Below are positions 53,504 to 63,090 of a stretch of DNA of 64,000 bases, in pieces; position 1 is the stretch's first letter; the number at the start of each line of letters is the position of its first letter. The DNA lies in IMG/VR virus record IMGVR_UViG_3300036778_000062, positions 32,001 through 96,000 of that record; one strand, written 5' to 3'. The notes beneath the pieces are model-generated. The model had not been told where the DNA came from. It worked only from the letters and a program-made list of their open reading frames with translations, and did not search any database. Made by a program: the position numbers and the translations under genes. Source of the stretch: a virus. Its lineage: Duplodnaviria; Caudoviricetes.

Positions 53504-54410
53504 TGGTCGTCACCGGGGTTGCGAAGTTGGGGCTTGTACCGAACAGCACGCTTTCCCACTTGCCGCCCGGCGTTTGGCATTCGAGCTCGTGGTTCACACT
53601 GTAGATGTTCCAAGTCGCATTCGCCGGTTGAAGCTGCGAACCCTTGATCGTCACCTGCTTGCCGATAGCGAAACCTGGATTGTACGGCGCCTGGAACATG
53701 ACGCCGGTAGAGGTATAGGCCGGGTAGTCGAACATCGTATTGTCTTGCGGCGAGATGGTGATGACGCCAGCGTTGCGGTTCTTGAACTTCGGCCAGATAG
53801 CAAGCACGCCGCGATCGATCGTCGCGCTGATATCGGCGTGCTGCACGAGCTCGTTGTACTGGTCGCGGGGCGAGCCATAGAGATAGACATTGGATAGCGC
53901 GCCGGTCACGCCGTTGTTCTCGAACGTCAGCCCCATCGCTTGCGCGATCGCCTGCATGGCCGTCGCGATCTGGACGGCGCCGTTGTAGCTCGATGGTGTG
54001 GCAGCAACCGCAGCGAAGGCGGCTGCGGCGTTCGCTGTGATCCGCATCGGCGCGTCAGGCTGATGAAAGTCGATAACGCTCGCGATGATCGATCCGACAT
54101 AGGCTTGCGACAGACCGCTTTCTGAATCGCCCGCCTGCAGGATGATCTGGTTCTTGGGCAAGAGATTGATCTGCTGTCCATACGTCGATAGCTGGCTCAT
54201 CACACTGAGCGGCAGACCCCAGACCGACAGGTCGAGCTTGCCATCGATGCCGCCGGCGTTGTGGATCGAGGCCTTCATGCGGACTGCGCTAGAGCCGGCG
54301 CCGCCAAAGGTGACGGTATTGTCAGAGCTACCGTTGAATGTTGGCGTCGAAGACGACGGGTTGATGGTGATGCTGGCCTGGAGCTGCTTGATGGTGAAGC
54401 CAGCGGTCAC
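53496..54410 (-). CDS. Baseplate hub protein
   Basis: VWGL, LQAGD, FENNGV, PGGKW. Confidence 0.82.
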   Translation of the reverse strand: MTAGFTIKQLQASITINPSSSTPTFNGSSDNTVTFGGAGSSAVRMKASIHNAGGIDGKLDLSVWGLPLSVMSQLSTYGQQINLLPKNQIILQAGDSESGLSQAYVGSIIASVIDFHQPDAPMRITANAAAAFAAVAATPSSYNGAVQIATAMQAIAQAMGLTFENNGVTGALSNVYLYGSPRDQYNELVQHADISATIDRGVLAIWPKFKNRNAGVITISPQDNTMFDYPAYTSTGVMFQAPYNPGFAIGKQVTIKGSQLQPANATWNIYSVNHELECQTPGGKWESVLFGTSPNFATPVTTNG

Positions 54411-54715
54411 GTCGAGATGTCCGAGGCTTCAATGTATTCGAGCAGCCAGCGAGAGCCGAGGCCGGTGTAGACTGGATCATCCGTTCCCTGCTGGTCGAGA
54501 AACCAGAAATCACCGATAAAGCCGAGGTATGCGTACCGAACAAGGCGGTTGGCGTTCTCGCAGGTTACGTTCTCGACCACCGGCGTGTTGTTCACCGCGA
54601 GACTGAAATAGAACAGCCCGTCGCTTCTGGTCGCCAGCGTGATTTGGCAGGATTGGCCGCCGACCAGAACCGAGAAGGTCTGGTTCGGAACAGGCTGCGT
54701 CGGAACGATCAGCAT
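54407..54715 (-). CDS. Small baseplate protein
   Basis: PNQTF, YLGFIGDF...G.DDP.YTGLGSRW.L.Y. Confidence 0.8.
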   Translation of the reverse strand: MLIVPTQPVPNQTFSVLVGGQSCQITLATRSDGLFYFSLAVNNTPVVENVTCENANRLVRYAYLGFIGDFWFLDQQGTDDPVYTGLGSRWLLEYIEASDIST

Positions 54716-55452
54716 CAGTCGTTAAACGGGTTGCCGGCCTCGGTAAGGGCCGAAGTAAATTGCGAGTTTTGCGCCGCTGTCGGGGTTTGCGGCTGCACAT
54801 TGCCGCCGTTCAGGACCGGCGAGGCCGCCGGGTCCTGCGGTGCGTTGATCGCCGCGAATCCGTTGTTGATGCGATCCTGTCCGGTCAGCGGACCAACAGA
54901 GGTGTCGCTGGTGCCCGAGACCGGCGTCGTCGTTCCGGTGTTGCCGGTCTGCGTGGCTGCAGCGCTCGAGGTCACGAGGCCCGCAGGCCTGACCTCCTGC
55001 GCTCGTACATCAATGGTGAGGAGGCCCGCTCCTCGTTCCGCCGACCGTAAATAGTTCTGATGAACCAGGTTTAGGTTCGTATAGGTGACCTCCGGCGTCA
55101 CCACATCATAGAGGTTGGTGTCGCCAATGATCGCAGCAATCGAATTGATGAGGTTCTGCCGATCGGCGATCGATCCACCCGTCGCGAAGCGCAGCGTCGT
55201 CTCAAACGGCCGCTGCACCTTATTGTAGGAGGCGAAGCTGCCTTGTTCGACGGGTGCATTGGTAATGCTGAAATCCTGCGTGAACTCGATCGATAGCACG
55301 CTGTCGGCGATCACGACCGGCTCGCCGTTGAGGAAGAGGCCCCATTGCGACGAAACGGCGCCGAAGCCAAGGAGGTCTGAGGCGACCAGCACCACCTCCG
55401 AGAAGACGCCGGCGATATCGCTCGGAAGGCTCGGCAAACCCGGAATGCTCAT
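54715..55452 (-). CDS. Tail tube initiator/Dit-like baseplate protein
   Basis: PVEQGSFASYNKV, YDVVTPE..Y. Confidence 0.82.
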   Translation of the reverse strand: MSIPGLPSLPSDIAGVFSEVVLVASDLLGFGAVSSQWGLFLNGEPVVIADSVLSIEFTQDFSITNAPVEQGSFASYNKVQRPFETTLRFATGGSIADRQNLINSIAAIIGDTNLYDVVTPEVTYTNLNLVHQNYLRSAERGAGLLTIDVRAQEVRPAGLVTSSAAATQTGNTGTTTPVSGTSDTSVGPLTGQDRINNGFAAINAPQDPAASPVLNGGNVQPQTPTAAQNSQFTSALTEAGNPFND

Positions 55453-56852
55453 TCGCCGCCCACCGATGCCTGATTGGCTTCAGCCTGCCGGCGCAAGCCC
55501 AGCTCGCGCAGACGATTGGTGAAGTCCTGCGGATCTCGCACACCGGGCAGGTTGATCGGCCCGTTGATCTCGAACGTGGTCTGCTGGCTCGAGACTGCCG
55601 GCGCGTTGCGATCGACACCGGCCCACTGCGAGAGGTGCGCGCCGTTGGCCGCACCATGAAAATCTGTCCAGCCATGTTTCTGCACCCAATCGAGCGCGAA
55701 GGTGATGGTGCGCGCTTCGTTGGCCGGGTCGGATGGATCGAGCCCGGTCTGTTCGCGGAACTGGTCGCCGACGGCGTGCCCGCGGCGTCCGGGGGTGATG
55801 TGAAGCTGGTAGGCGCCAAACGACGTTCCATTGTCGCCAACGAAGCTGGAGAAGCCCTCGCTGCGGGCAACCGCCATTGCATAGTCCGGGTTTATGCCCC
55901 GGCTCGACGCCTGCTGCCGGATGAACGCTTCTTTCTGTGACGGATTGCGGAATCCGCCGGCCGCCGCATCGACCGGCGTCGAGTTGACGGCTGGGCGGGT
56001 GTACGTTGTCGCTTTCCCCCCGTCCTGCGGCGTCACGAGGAGGTAGTGCGCCAGGTCAATTGCGCCGAAGAGAAGCTTGAGCCCGAAGTTCTCCGTGGAT
56101 ACCTTGAGTGCATCCCAGCGCCGCTGAAGCCGGCCAGCTGCTTCCGCCTCAGAGTCCGTCCAGCCCTGGATTTTCTGAAGCTTCTCGATGAGCTTGTCCG
56201 AACCCTGGATCAGCATGTCAAACATGCCCGCGTCCATGCCCGGGATTTTGCCGGCGAGGTAGGACGCCAGATTCTGGTCCTGCGCAAGGTCGTGGATGAT
56301 CTTCAGGTTCTGCGCCAGCGCGAGGTAGTTTTCCTGCAGCGACTTGGTGCTGTCGATCGTGCGGGCGTTGGCGGCGTCCAGTTTCTGCGCCTCGGTGTTG
56401 ATGGCGCGGAATATCGGCATGATGCCGGGCGCTTCCGGACCACCCACCTGCCAGGATGTGAAGACGTTGGAAAGCTGCTGGAAGGATCCAGCCATCTGCT
56501 CACCCGTCGAGCCGAATTCGCGAGCAAGGCCCTGCCATTTTGATATGTCGCTTGCGCTCTGTCCGATCGCGCGTGACAGCCGGCCGACGGCAGCGCCGGC
56601 CTGTATCGTGTCGGTGACGAAGCCTCTGAGGCTATCGACGCCGGCGAGCACGGCGAACATGCCGACCGCGCGGCGGCCCAACATGGCGATCGATTCCCCG
56701 ACTCGATCTGTCGAATCCTCGACTTCGCTCGATCGCCGGCGGACCTCGTCTGTGGTCTTCTTGGCAGCCTCGACGGCCTTCTTTTGTTGGGCGTCGAATT
56801 TTGTCGCATCCAGGCCGAGTTCGATGACAAGCGAGTCGATGACGTGAGCCAT
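55449..56852 (-). CDS. Tape measure protein with C-terminal lysozyme/SLT-like domain
   Basis: IDSLVIELGLD N-terminus; GINPDYAMAVARSEG...SFGAYQL. Confidence 0.88.
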   Translation of the reverse strand: MAHVIDSLVIELGLDATKFDAQQKKAVEAAKKTTDEVRRRSSEVEDSTDRVGESIAMLGRRAVGMFAVLAGVDSLRGFVTDTIQAGAAVGRLSRAIGQSASDISKWQGLAREFGSTGEQMAGSFQQLSNVFTSWQVGGPEAPGIMPIFRAINTEAQKLDAANARTIDSTKSLQENYLALAQNLKIIHDLAQDQNLASYLAGKIPGMDAGMFDMLIQGSDKLIEKLQKIQGWTDSEAEAAGRLQRRWDALKVSTENFGLKLLFGAIDLAHYLLVTPQDGGKATTYTRPAVNSTPVDAAAGGFRNPSQKEAFIRQQASSRGINPDYAMAVARSEGFSSFVGDNGTSFGAYQLHITPGRRGHAVGDQFREQTGLDPSDPANEARTITFALDWVQKHGWTDFHGAANGAHLSQWAGVDRNAPAVSSQQTTFEINGPINLPGVRDPQDFTNRLRELGLRRQAEANQASVGGE

Positions 56853-56853
56853 A

Positions 56854-57102
56854 TCAAGGTCTCTTCGGCCGCATCAGCCATCGGTTATAGGCATCGACTT
56901 GTCCGACCTCGATCAGATCGTAGACATCTCGCAGGCTATAGATCGTCTGCGTCTCGTGCAGCGTGGCGAGCTTAAGGCTTACGACTGCGCCAATTGATCG
57001 GGGGATGTTGACGTATTCTGCGAGCTGGCGGTTCGTGCCATCTGAAGCTTGGCCGAGATCGCCTCGTTCAATGTCTGTACGAGCCCGGCCAAAGTAAAAC
57101 CC
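56854..57102 (-). CDS. Tail chaperone GT extension via -1 frameshift at G GGT TTT (57102-57096)
   Basis: -1 frame reads EYVNIP..IGAVVS..LATLHE..TIYSL.D.YD..E. Confidence 0.8.
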   Translation of the reverse strand, partial: GFYFGRARTDIERGDLGQASDGTNRQLAEYVNIPRSIGAVVSLKLATLHETQTIYSLRDVYDLIEVGQVDAYNRWLMRPKRP

Positions 57103-57467
57103 GTATGCAAAAACAGCCATTTCTCGCGGAGCAGCTTCAGCGTCGAAATCTCCTCAACGAGCTGCGGATTCCACGGGACGCGAACGTCAGACTGCGGGTG
57201 GCTCCAGACGCATTGCAGCATCTCATCCATCAGCGGTTTCACCGCCGGCGGCGCGGAGCCGATGAAGGTCTGGTAGCCGAGGAGCACCAGGCCGAGCGCG
57301 CCGGCCTGAACCACGTCCGGAGAGACCGGCACGCCTGAGGTTCCCAACGCCTGGAAGGTTCGCACCGCGAACCATTCCAGGTCATAGGCTGACATCTCGA
57401 CGATGAGGAAGGTCTTGTCCTTGTCTCGATTGTCGTCGGTGATCTTGACCACAAGTTCGTTACGCAT
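56979..57467 (-). CDS. Tail assembly chaperone G
   Basis: RDKDKTFLIVEM, PLMDEMLQCV, LHTGF; between tube and TMP. Confidence 0.85.
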   Translation of the reverse strand: MRNELVVKITDDNRDKDKTFLIVEMSAYDLEWFAVRTFQALGTSGVPVSPDVVQAGALGLVLLGYQTFIGSAPPAVKPLMDEMLQCVWSHPQSDVRVPWNPQLVEEISTLKLLREKWLFLHTGFTLAGLVQTLNEAISAKLQMARTASSQNTSTSPDQLAQS

Positions 57468-57470
57468 GCA

Positions 57471-57899
57471 TCACACCGGATTCGGAATGGCGCTTTGCCA
57501 TGTGATGGTGTGCTTTCGCTCCTTCAAGGTGCGTTGAGCATCGGAGATCGGCTGATAGGAGGTTAGGAAGCCGCGAGTCATCGAATACTTGGTCCTAAGG
57601 CTGCGCAGCGTCTCGGTGCCACTCGCGATCAAAGTGTCCTGCTGCGCCTTCTGCTGCTGAAACCATTGATCGAAGAAGAAGTTGGCCGGCGAATCTGCCA
57701 TCAAATAGAAGGTCTGCCTGGTCGGAACGTTGATGAAACCGCCGGTCAGGACACCATCCACGCCCATTGCGGTTTCGGCCGCCTCGATCGGTTCGACGCC
57801 AAAGACATTGTCGGCGGCGAACTGTTGGAGCTGAAACGGCTGGTCGAAAAGACCAGGGATCGTCAGCATGATGATCGCATTGGCTGCGGTTATTGACAT
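57471..57899 (-). CDS. Tail tube protein
   Basis: SITAANA, LQQFAAD, MGVDG.L..GF, LMADSP. Confidence 0.85.
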   Translation of the reverse strand: MSITAANAIIMLTIPGLFDQPFQLQQFAADNVFGVEPIEAAETAMGVDGVLTGGFINVPTRQTFYLMADSPANFFFDQWFQQQKAQQDTLIASGTETLRSLRTKYSMTRGFLTSYQPISDAQRTLKERKHTITWQSAIPNPV

Positions 57900-57929
57900 T
57901 TTCGATTGGCTCCCAGATCGCGCGATCGA

Positions 57930-59675
57930 TTAGAGGAGAGCGACGGTGGGCAGCGAGATCGTCTGCACCGCTTCGCCGTCGGTGTAGAAGAACTTCATGG
58001 GCGGCGAACCGCGCTGCTGACGCACCTGTGGAGTTGCGGTGCCTATGAAGAGATACCAGCCCTGCACCGACAGCGTTGCGGCCACATTCAGGCCACCAGC
58101 TGCGGCATTGACGGCGGCTGCCTGTGAGCCCGAAACTGCAACACCGGCGCTGTACATGCCGAACGTCAGGCCCTGCTGGATGCGGTCCGACAGCGCTTCT
58201 TCGATAGTGGTATTGCCGGCCGAGGTGTACGGGATCGCGTTAGTGTTCTGCCGCAGCGTCATCAAATCGGACTGGAAGCCGTTCGTCAGCCAGATGGCAT
58301 TGATGAGACTGTCCAGCCAGGTGAAGGCGCCGGAAACTGAGCCGTCGACGTAGAAGATGAACTCGGCATTCGCGGTGCCGTAGGCACCATAGAAGTTGTA
58401 GCCGTTTTCCGACAGATTGTCGGCCACGACTTCGTCGGTGACGCCGGGGGTCAGGCCCGCCTGAGATCGACCATCGAAGGTGATCCGGCCACCGGGCTGG
58501 TCGAAATTTATCGAGGCCGCGGCGCCCGAGACAAACGCTGCAAGATTGGTTTCGCTTGGCTGCCAATTGACCGAGCAGCATGCGTAGCCGAGCGCCTTGA
58601 TCTGTTGACCGAGACAGTTCGGAGCCGGATCTGAGACCGTCGGTGAGACGTCGCTGTCCGCGACCACGTAGACGAAGCGGTTGCTCTGCCGCGATACCCA
58701 TTGTGCGAAGGCGAGCCGGACCGTGATTTCGTCCGGCGCATCCGGATTGAATGTCGTGAAAAACGTCACCCAATTGCGCTGGTTGCGCACGAGCGCATCC
58801 ATGAACGGGCTTGGCGTCGCCGCCACAGCACCAGGCGATACGACGGCGCCGAGGGCCTGCGTCAGCAATAGGTCGGTTGCGAGAGCACCAGAACCGAAGC
58901 TGATGGTCGAATCCTCGCCCGCGGTACCGGAGAAGAAAAGGAAGGCGCCAGACACGCTGTCGAATTGCACCGCCGGCGCATCACCGGTCATCGCCTCGCT
59001 GTTCACCGTCTGAGAGGCGTTGACCGAATAGGTGCCTTTGCCGCCCATTGAGCCGTCGGTCTCGGTGCTCGTGAGCTGCTGCTGGATGAACGTGCCGGCC
59101 GTGACGCTTGCGCCGTTGAGGACGACGCCAACGCCAAGCTTGCCTTCGCCCTCGGTGAAGGCGGTCACGGTTAGCGTGGTCGTCGCGATCGAACAGGTGA
59201 ACGCTGCAACCTGCACGCCTTCGATGCCAAGCTGGTTCGCGATTAGCTCGGCCGCGTTCGTGAACGAAGTGGAGCCCGACAGGTTTACGTTTGCGGTTTT
59301 CAACGTTCCGTCGATCGTGACGTTGAGCGTACCGCTAAAGCTCTGCAGCTCCGTCAGCGTCGTGGACGCTGCGATGTTCCCGCCGCGCAGGAAGGCGGCG
59401 ACATCCTCCTCATTGTACTGCGCCACCTGGAGCGCGCCGGGCTTCACGGTCGAGCCGTCGTAACCGGCGAAATAGGTGGTTGCCATTGAGGCTTCTATCG
59501 AGGTCGCCCCAAAATACTGGCTGACTGCGTCCGGCGTGTCGAACTCCTGCACGGTACCGATCGGCACCCGGATGGCATTTGACAGCATCAAACCATTCGT
59601 GACGATGGCTGAGCCGCCGGCGGGCAATACGCCCGGCGGGACATCCACGAGTTTCCTGGCCGGGATTGTGCTCAT
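57930..59675 (-). CDS. Tail sheath protein (DUF3383-like)
   Basis: MSTIPA..LV.V.PGVL, NWVTF, NGYNFYG, QGWYL, R.SPP..F.Y.DG. Confidence 0.92.
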   Translation of the reverse strand: MSTIPARKLVDVPPGVLPAGGSAIVTNGLMLSNAIRVPIGTVQEFDTPDAVSQYFGATSIEASMATTYFAGYDGSTVKPGALQVAQYNEEDVAAFLRGGNIAASTTLTELQSFSGTLNVTIDGTLKTANVNLSGSTSFTNAAELIANQLGIEGVQVAAFTCSIATTTLTVTAFTEGEGKLGVGVVLNGASVTAGTFIQQQLTSTETDGSMGGKGTYSVNASQTVNSEAMTGDAPAVQFDSVSGAFLFFSGTAGEDSTISFGSGALATDLLLTQALGAVVSPGAVAATPSPFMDALVRNQRNWVTFFTTFNPDAPDEITVRLAFAQWVSRQSNRFVYVVADSDVSPTVSDPAPNCLGQQIKALGYACCSVNWQPSETNLAAFVSGAAASINFDQPGGRITFDGRSQAGLTPGVTDEVVADNLSENGYNFYGAYGTANAEFIFYVDGSVSGAFTWLDSLINAIWLTNGFQSDLMTLRQNTNAIPYTSAGNTTIEEALSDRIQQGLTFGMYSAGVAVSGSQAAAVNAAAGGLNVAATLSVQGWYLFIGTATPQVRQQRGSPPMKFFYTDGEAVQTISLPTVALL

Positions 59676-59682
59676 TGGTTCC

Positions 59683-60402
59683 TCATGGCGATGGCGGGAA
59701 ATCGACGTTGTAGAGATCGATGGTCAAGGAGCTTGCGAACTCCTGCGAGACTGCCACGGTCGGATCGACCTGCAGATGGGCCTCTACAATCCATCGGTCC
59801 TCGTATTGAACTGCGGCCGTATTGAATGGCATCTGCCGCGGATCGTCTGCGTAGAGGGGTGATAGGCCGGTTCCCTCGAGATGTTCGACCGCGAACGGAT
59901 CTCGGAAGAGGGTCGATATCGTCTGTGCATTCTCGGCTGACGCCGGCCCGTGCACGTCGATCTGAACCACGACTTCCGTCGGCTGCATCACGATCGCCTG
60001 TCCGGCCGAGATAATCGTCGCGGCGACATCCTGCGCCGGAGTCACCGCGTAGACGCCGACACCGCCAGGCGTCCCCGAAATCTGCTCTGAGACGGTTGTG
60101 CCAATCGCGATGCCGACGCCGAAGACCGTCGCATCGATGTTCATGACGCCGCGGATGACGTCGGTGATTGTCATCTGATCGCCGTCGATCGAGCCCTCAA
60201 ACTCGGCATCGGCCATCGTGTCGAGATTGGTTCCGAGGCGTGGGCGGCGCAGCGGCCACATCACGATGAAGTCACCTTCTGGGGCGGGCACCCGATTGAC
60301 CTGTCCGACGACGATCTTGCCCGGCCGGAGCTGCGGTAGCATCGCTTTCAGCAGATCGCCAAGCGCAATGTTGATGCTGTCCTGGGTGATCGAAATGTTC
60401 AT
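59683..60402 (-). CDS. Neck/tail terminator protein
   Basis: GQVNRVP, QIDVHG, TLFRD, PLYADDP, YEDRW. Confidence 0.85.
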   Translation of the reverse strand: MNISITQDSINIALGDLLKAMLPQLRPGKIVVGQVNRVPAPEGDFIVMWPLRRPRLGTNLDTMADAEFEGSIDGDQMTITDVIRGVMNIDATVFGVGIAIGTTVSEQISGTPGGVGVYAVTPAQDVAATIISAGQAIVMQPTEVVVQIDVHGPASAENAQTISTLFRDPFAVEHLEGTGLSPLYADDPRQMPFNTAAVQYEDRWIVEAHLQVDPTVAVSQEFASSLTIDLYNVDFPPSP

Positions 60403-60740
60403 CGGTAGAAGAGGGCGTTCACCTTGCCGCCCGAGGTCTGCGAGATGAAGCGAAGCGCCGAGATCGTGCCCTCGTAGTTCAGCACCTGACCGACAGCCAG
60501 CGGCATGCCAACGGCGGCGGTCGGCGCAGTACGGTCATCACGGTAGCGAACGGCCTGGCCCTCTGCCGTAATGACGACCATGCTCGGTGTGCCCGCACAT
60601 GCAGCCGGGATTGTCAGCGGTGTCGCTGTATCGACCGCAACCTGCTGGTACCCGCAGGGTACCCGGCGGATACCGCTATCGGCGCGCGCGCAGCTCATCG
60701 CGAGCGCGATCGTCAGCGCCGCGGTCAATCCTCGAAGCAT
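60399..60740 (-). CDS. Small beta-rich virion-region protein with signal peptide
   Basis: MLRGLTAALTIALAMSCARA; GYQQ, VRYRDD..APTAAVGMPL. Confidence 0.78.
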   Translation of the reverse strand: MLRGLTAALTIALAMSCARADSGIRRVPCGYQQVAVDTATPLTIPAACAGTPSMVVITAEGQAVRYRDDRTAPTAAVGMPLAVGQVLNYEGTISALRFISQTSGGKVNALFYR

Positions 60741-60753
60741 TGTATGATCCCTC

Positions 60754-61149
60754 TTACGATGGGTCTGGGATGTCGTCCTGCAGCACCACAGCAACCTTGC
60801 ACCAGTCCGCCCATTGCTCCACGGACGCCAGCACCAGCCACGTATTGCCCTCTGGAAGGGTGCCGTCAGGGAACACGACCAGATCGCCGCCCAGCTTCTT
60901 GATGCGGCTGATCGCAAGTGCGGCGCCGTTCAGATAGATGGCCTTCTGGGCTCCCTGAACATTGAGGGCGTCGAGCTGGCGGATATCGCCCGAGGTGATG
61001 GGCTGAACCTGTGCCTGCACCGGCGCCTTGTCGTAGGTCGGTACCTGCACATAGTTGACGAGCGTGTATCCGGTGCTGATGAACAGCGTGGCGGCAACGT
61101 TTGGGTTAACCGCACGCGTCACGCCGTTGGCTATCGCCCGAAGGTTCAT
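60754..61149 (-). CDS. Head closure protein
   Basis: MNLRAIA...VNPN, AQVQP, GGDLV, WLV...EQW.DWCK. Confidence 0.82.
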   Translation of the reverse strand: MNLRAIANGVTRAVNPNVAATLFISTGYTLVNYVQVPTYDKAPVQAQVQPITSGDIRQLDALNVQGAQKAIYLNGAALAISRIKKLGGDLVVFPDGTLPEGNTWLVLASVEQWADWCKVAVVLQDDIPDPS

Positions 61150-61154
61150 CGTGG

Positions 61155-61757
61155 CTACCGCGGCGCCAGGCAAGCCGTGACGACCAGGTTCGCCGTCGCA
61201 GTGGCGGTGCCGGTGAATTTCAGCGCGAGGCGGTCGCCAGCGGCAAGGGCCACGCTCGCTGCTGTTCCAACGAGCGCGCCGGCCTGAACCGTGTTGGCGG
61301 TGGCGTTAAGATTGAAGCCGGCGTTCGTATTGTTGGTCAGGAGAGCGGTGCCTGAGCCCGGCGCAGTGGTCCCGGTGTCCTTCTCGACCTGCATCGTCTC
61401 GGTGGCGCCGGCAGCCGTAGAATGCACCTCACTGACGCTGACGAGCTTGTAGGGCCTGGTTGCGACGAAGAAAGCCGCATTGGCCGGTGAGGCCAGGGTC
61501 CCCATTTGCGCGAAGGTGGTGCAGACCAGACCGTCGGAAGACTTCAGCGTCGTGAAGTTGCCGGGTGCTGGTGTGGTCCCCCCGATTGTCATGTCGTCGA
61601 TAGTACCGGGCGTCGCACCATTGCTTTTCGGCGGCGCGATCGGGAAAGCCAGGTCGCCGATGTTGGTGAAGAAGGTGGTGCTCGCAGCGCGCGCGGCGAT
61701 CGCAGGCGCGAGCAAGGCGGCAATGACGATCACAACTTTCGTTGTCACGGTTCGCAT
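61155..61757 (-). CDS. Beta-rich virion-region protein with signal peptide
   Basis: GAGGAG RBS; MRTVTTKVVIVIAALLAPAIAARA; IGGTTPAPGNFTTL fibre motif; LAAGDRL. Confidence 0.78.
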   Translation of the reverse strand: MRTVTTKVVIVIAALLAPAIAARAASTTFFTNIGDLAFPIAPPKSNGATPGTIDDMTIGGTTPAPGNFTTLKSSDGLVCTTFAQMGTLASPANAAFFVATRPYKLVSVSEVHSTAAGATETMQVEKDTGTTAPGSGTALLTNNTNAGFNLNATANTVQAGALVGTAASVALAAGDRLALKFTGTATATANLVVTACLAPR

Positions 61758-61774
61758 GGTTGGACTCCTCGTTG

Positions 61775-62215
61775 TCAGGATTTCACTTCGAACGAGACGG
61801 CGCGGATCATGTCACCGTGCTCGATGAGGGGCTTGTCGAAGCCCTTGCGCTTGACCGTCGATTCCGCCAGCGGCGGCGAATTCGTTTGCTGGATGCTCAT
61901 CTGCAGGTCGCTCGCGATCCCTTCGCCAACGCGTTGCAGGGTGAGGTCCTGATCGTAATCGGTCGCCTTCAGGTTCTCGGCGACCGCGACCGGCCACGTC
62001 GACTCCTTCTCCGCGATCATGTTGCGGAAGAAAGGCCGTGGCGGAATTTTGCTGGTTCCGAACTCGTTGGCGGCGGCGCGAACGGCGATGGGCTGACCGT
62101 CCGGCCCGGTTGCGTTCTCGAGGAAGCCGACGCGGACCGATCCTGGCCGCGAGAGTTGCTCCGCGATCTGACTGAGCGCCAGCGCGAACTTGTCGCCGCC
62201 CTTGATGGTCGCCAT
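61775..62215 (-). CDS. Neck protein (gp10-like virion morphogenesis)
   Basis: VRVGF, NEFGT..IPPRPFFR, KGFDKPLI. Confidence 0.88.
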   Translation of the reverse strand: MATIKGGDKFALALSQIAEQLSRPGSVRVGFLENATGPDGQPIAVRAAANEFGTSKIPPRPFFRNMIAEKESTWPVAVAENLKATDYDQDLTLQRVGEGIASDLQMSIQQTNSPPLAESTVKRKGFDKPLIEHGDMIRAVSFEVKS

Positions 62216-62607
62216 CAGGTGATCGCGTCAGCGAGGCTCTTGGGCTGCTCCTTCGGGGCTTCTTGCTGCGGCGGCCCCTTCGGCTCTTCCTTCGTCTTTG
62301 CGGCCTCGGCAGCCGCCGCTGCGGCTGCGGCGTCGGCCGCGTCGGACTCCGCCTTCTTCTTGGCCTGCATCCATTCGATGACCGGAGCGAGGTCTCTGCG
62401 GATCATCTCGATATCGCCGGCCAGGGCCTCGACATTCAGTACTGCCCGACGCGTATCGGCGATCGCTTCCTCGAACTGAGGAATGAAGGACATCAGCCGT
62501 CGGATGTCGGACTCAGACAACTGCGGAACGTTGTCGAGCCGCTTCAGGGCCTCCTCGACCATAGCCTTCGATTTCCAGAGGGCATTGACTTTGGCGTCCA
62601 AATCCAT
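62215..62607 (-). CDS. Hypothetical coiled-coil protein
   Basis: GAGGAG RBS, TGATG overlap. Confidence 0.65.
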   Translation of the reverse strand: MDLDAKVNALWKSKAMVEEALKRLDNVPQLSESDIRRLMSFIPQFEEAIADTRRAVLNVEALAGDIEMIRRDLAPVIEWMQAKKKAESDAADAAAAAAAAEAAKTKEEPKGPPQQEAPKEQPKSLADAIT

Positions 62608-62625
62608 GGGCTGGTTCTCCTCGAG

Positions 62626-63066
62626 CTATACGCCCCAGCCCGGAGGGCCGACGACGCCGCGGTTCTTGTTCGGGATGTAGCGCATGGTTCGGAACGGCGC
62701 GGTTGCCATCCAGTACATCGCGCCGTATTTGGTCTGGATGAACCACGCCATCTGCTCTGAGACGCTGTTCGAATAGGCGGCTTGGACCGACACCGAACCT
62801 TCGCTGGCGCTGTTGATGCGGCCTACGATGGTCGATGCCTGCTGCCCCGGCGCCGGCGGCGCGAACAGTGCCGCGATATGCGCGGTGAGCATGTTGAGCA
62901 GTGCGAGCTGCTGTTCAGGACTATGGACCGGCCCGCCGCCGTCGTTGCGGTGGATCGTCGTGGCAAGCTGGAAATACTGCTGCGCCTGCGCCTGGTTCAC
63001 CGTGGCGGTGAACTCGGGATAGATCGCGATCCATTGGGCATAATTGAGCTGAACAACGACACCCAT
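62626..63066 (-). CDS. Head-tail adaptor (DUF4054-like)
   Basis: YPEF, LTAHIA, VGRINSASEGSVSV, QTKYG..YW. Confidence 0.88.
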   Translation of the reverse strand: MGVVVQLNYAQWIAIYPEFTATVNQAQAQQYFQLATTIHRNDGGGPVHSPEQQLALLNMLTAHIAALFAPPAPGQQASTIVGRINSASEGSVSVQAAYSNSVSEQMAWFIQTKYGAMYWMATAPFRTMRYIPNKNRGVVGPPGWGV

Positions 63067-63090
63067 AGCGCGCTCCTCGCAACGGAACAA

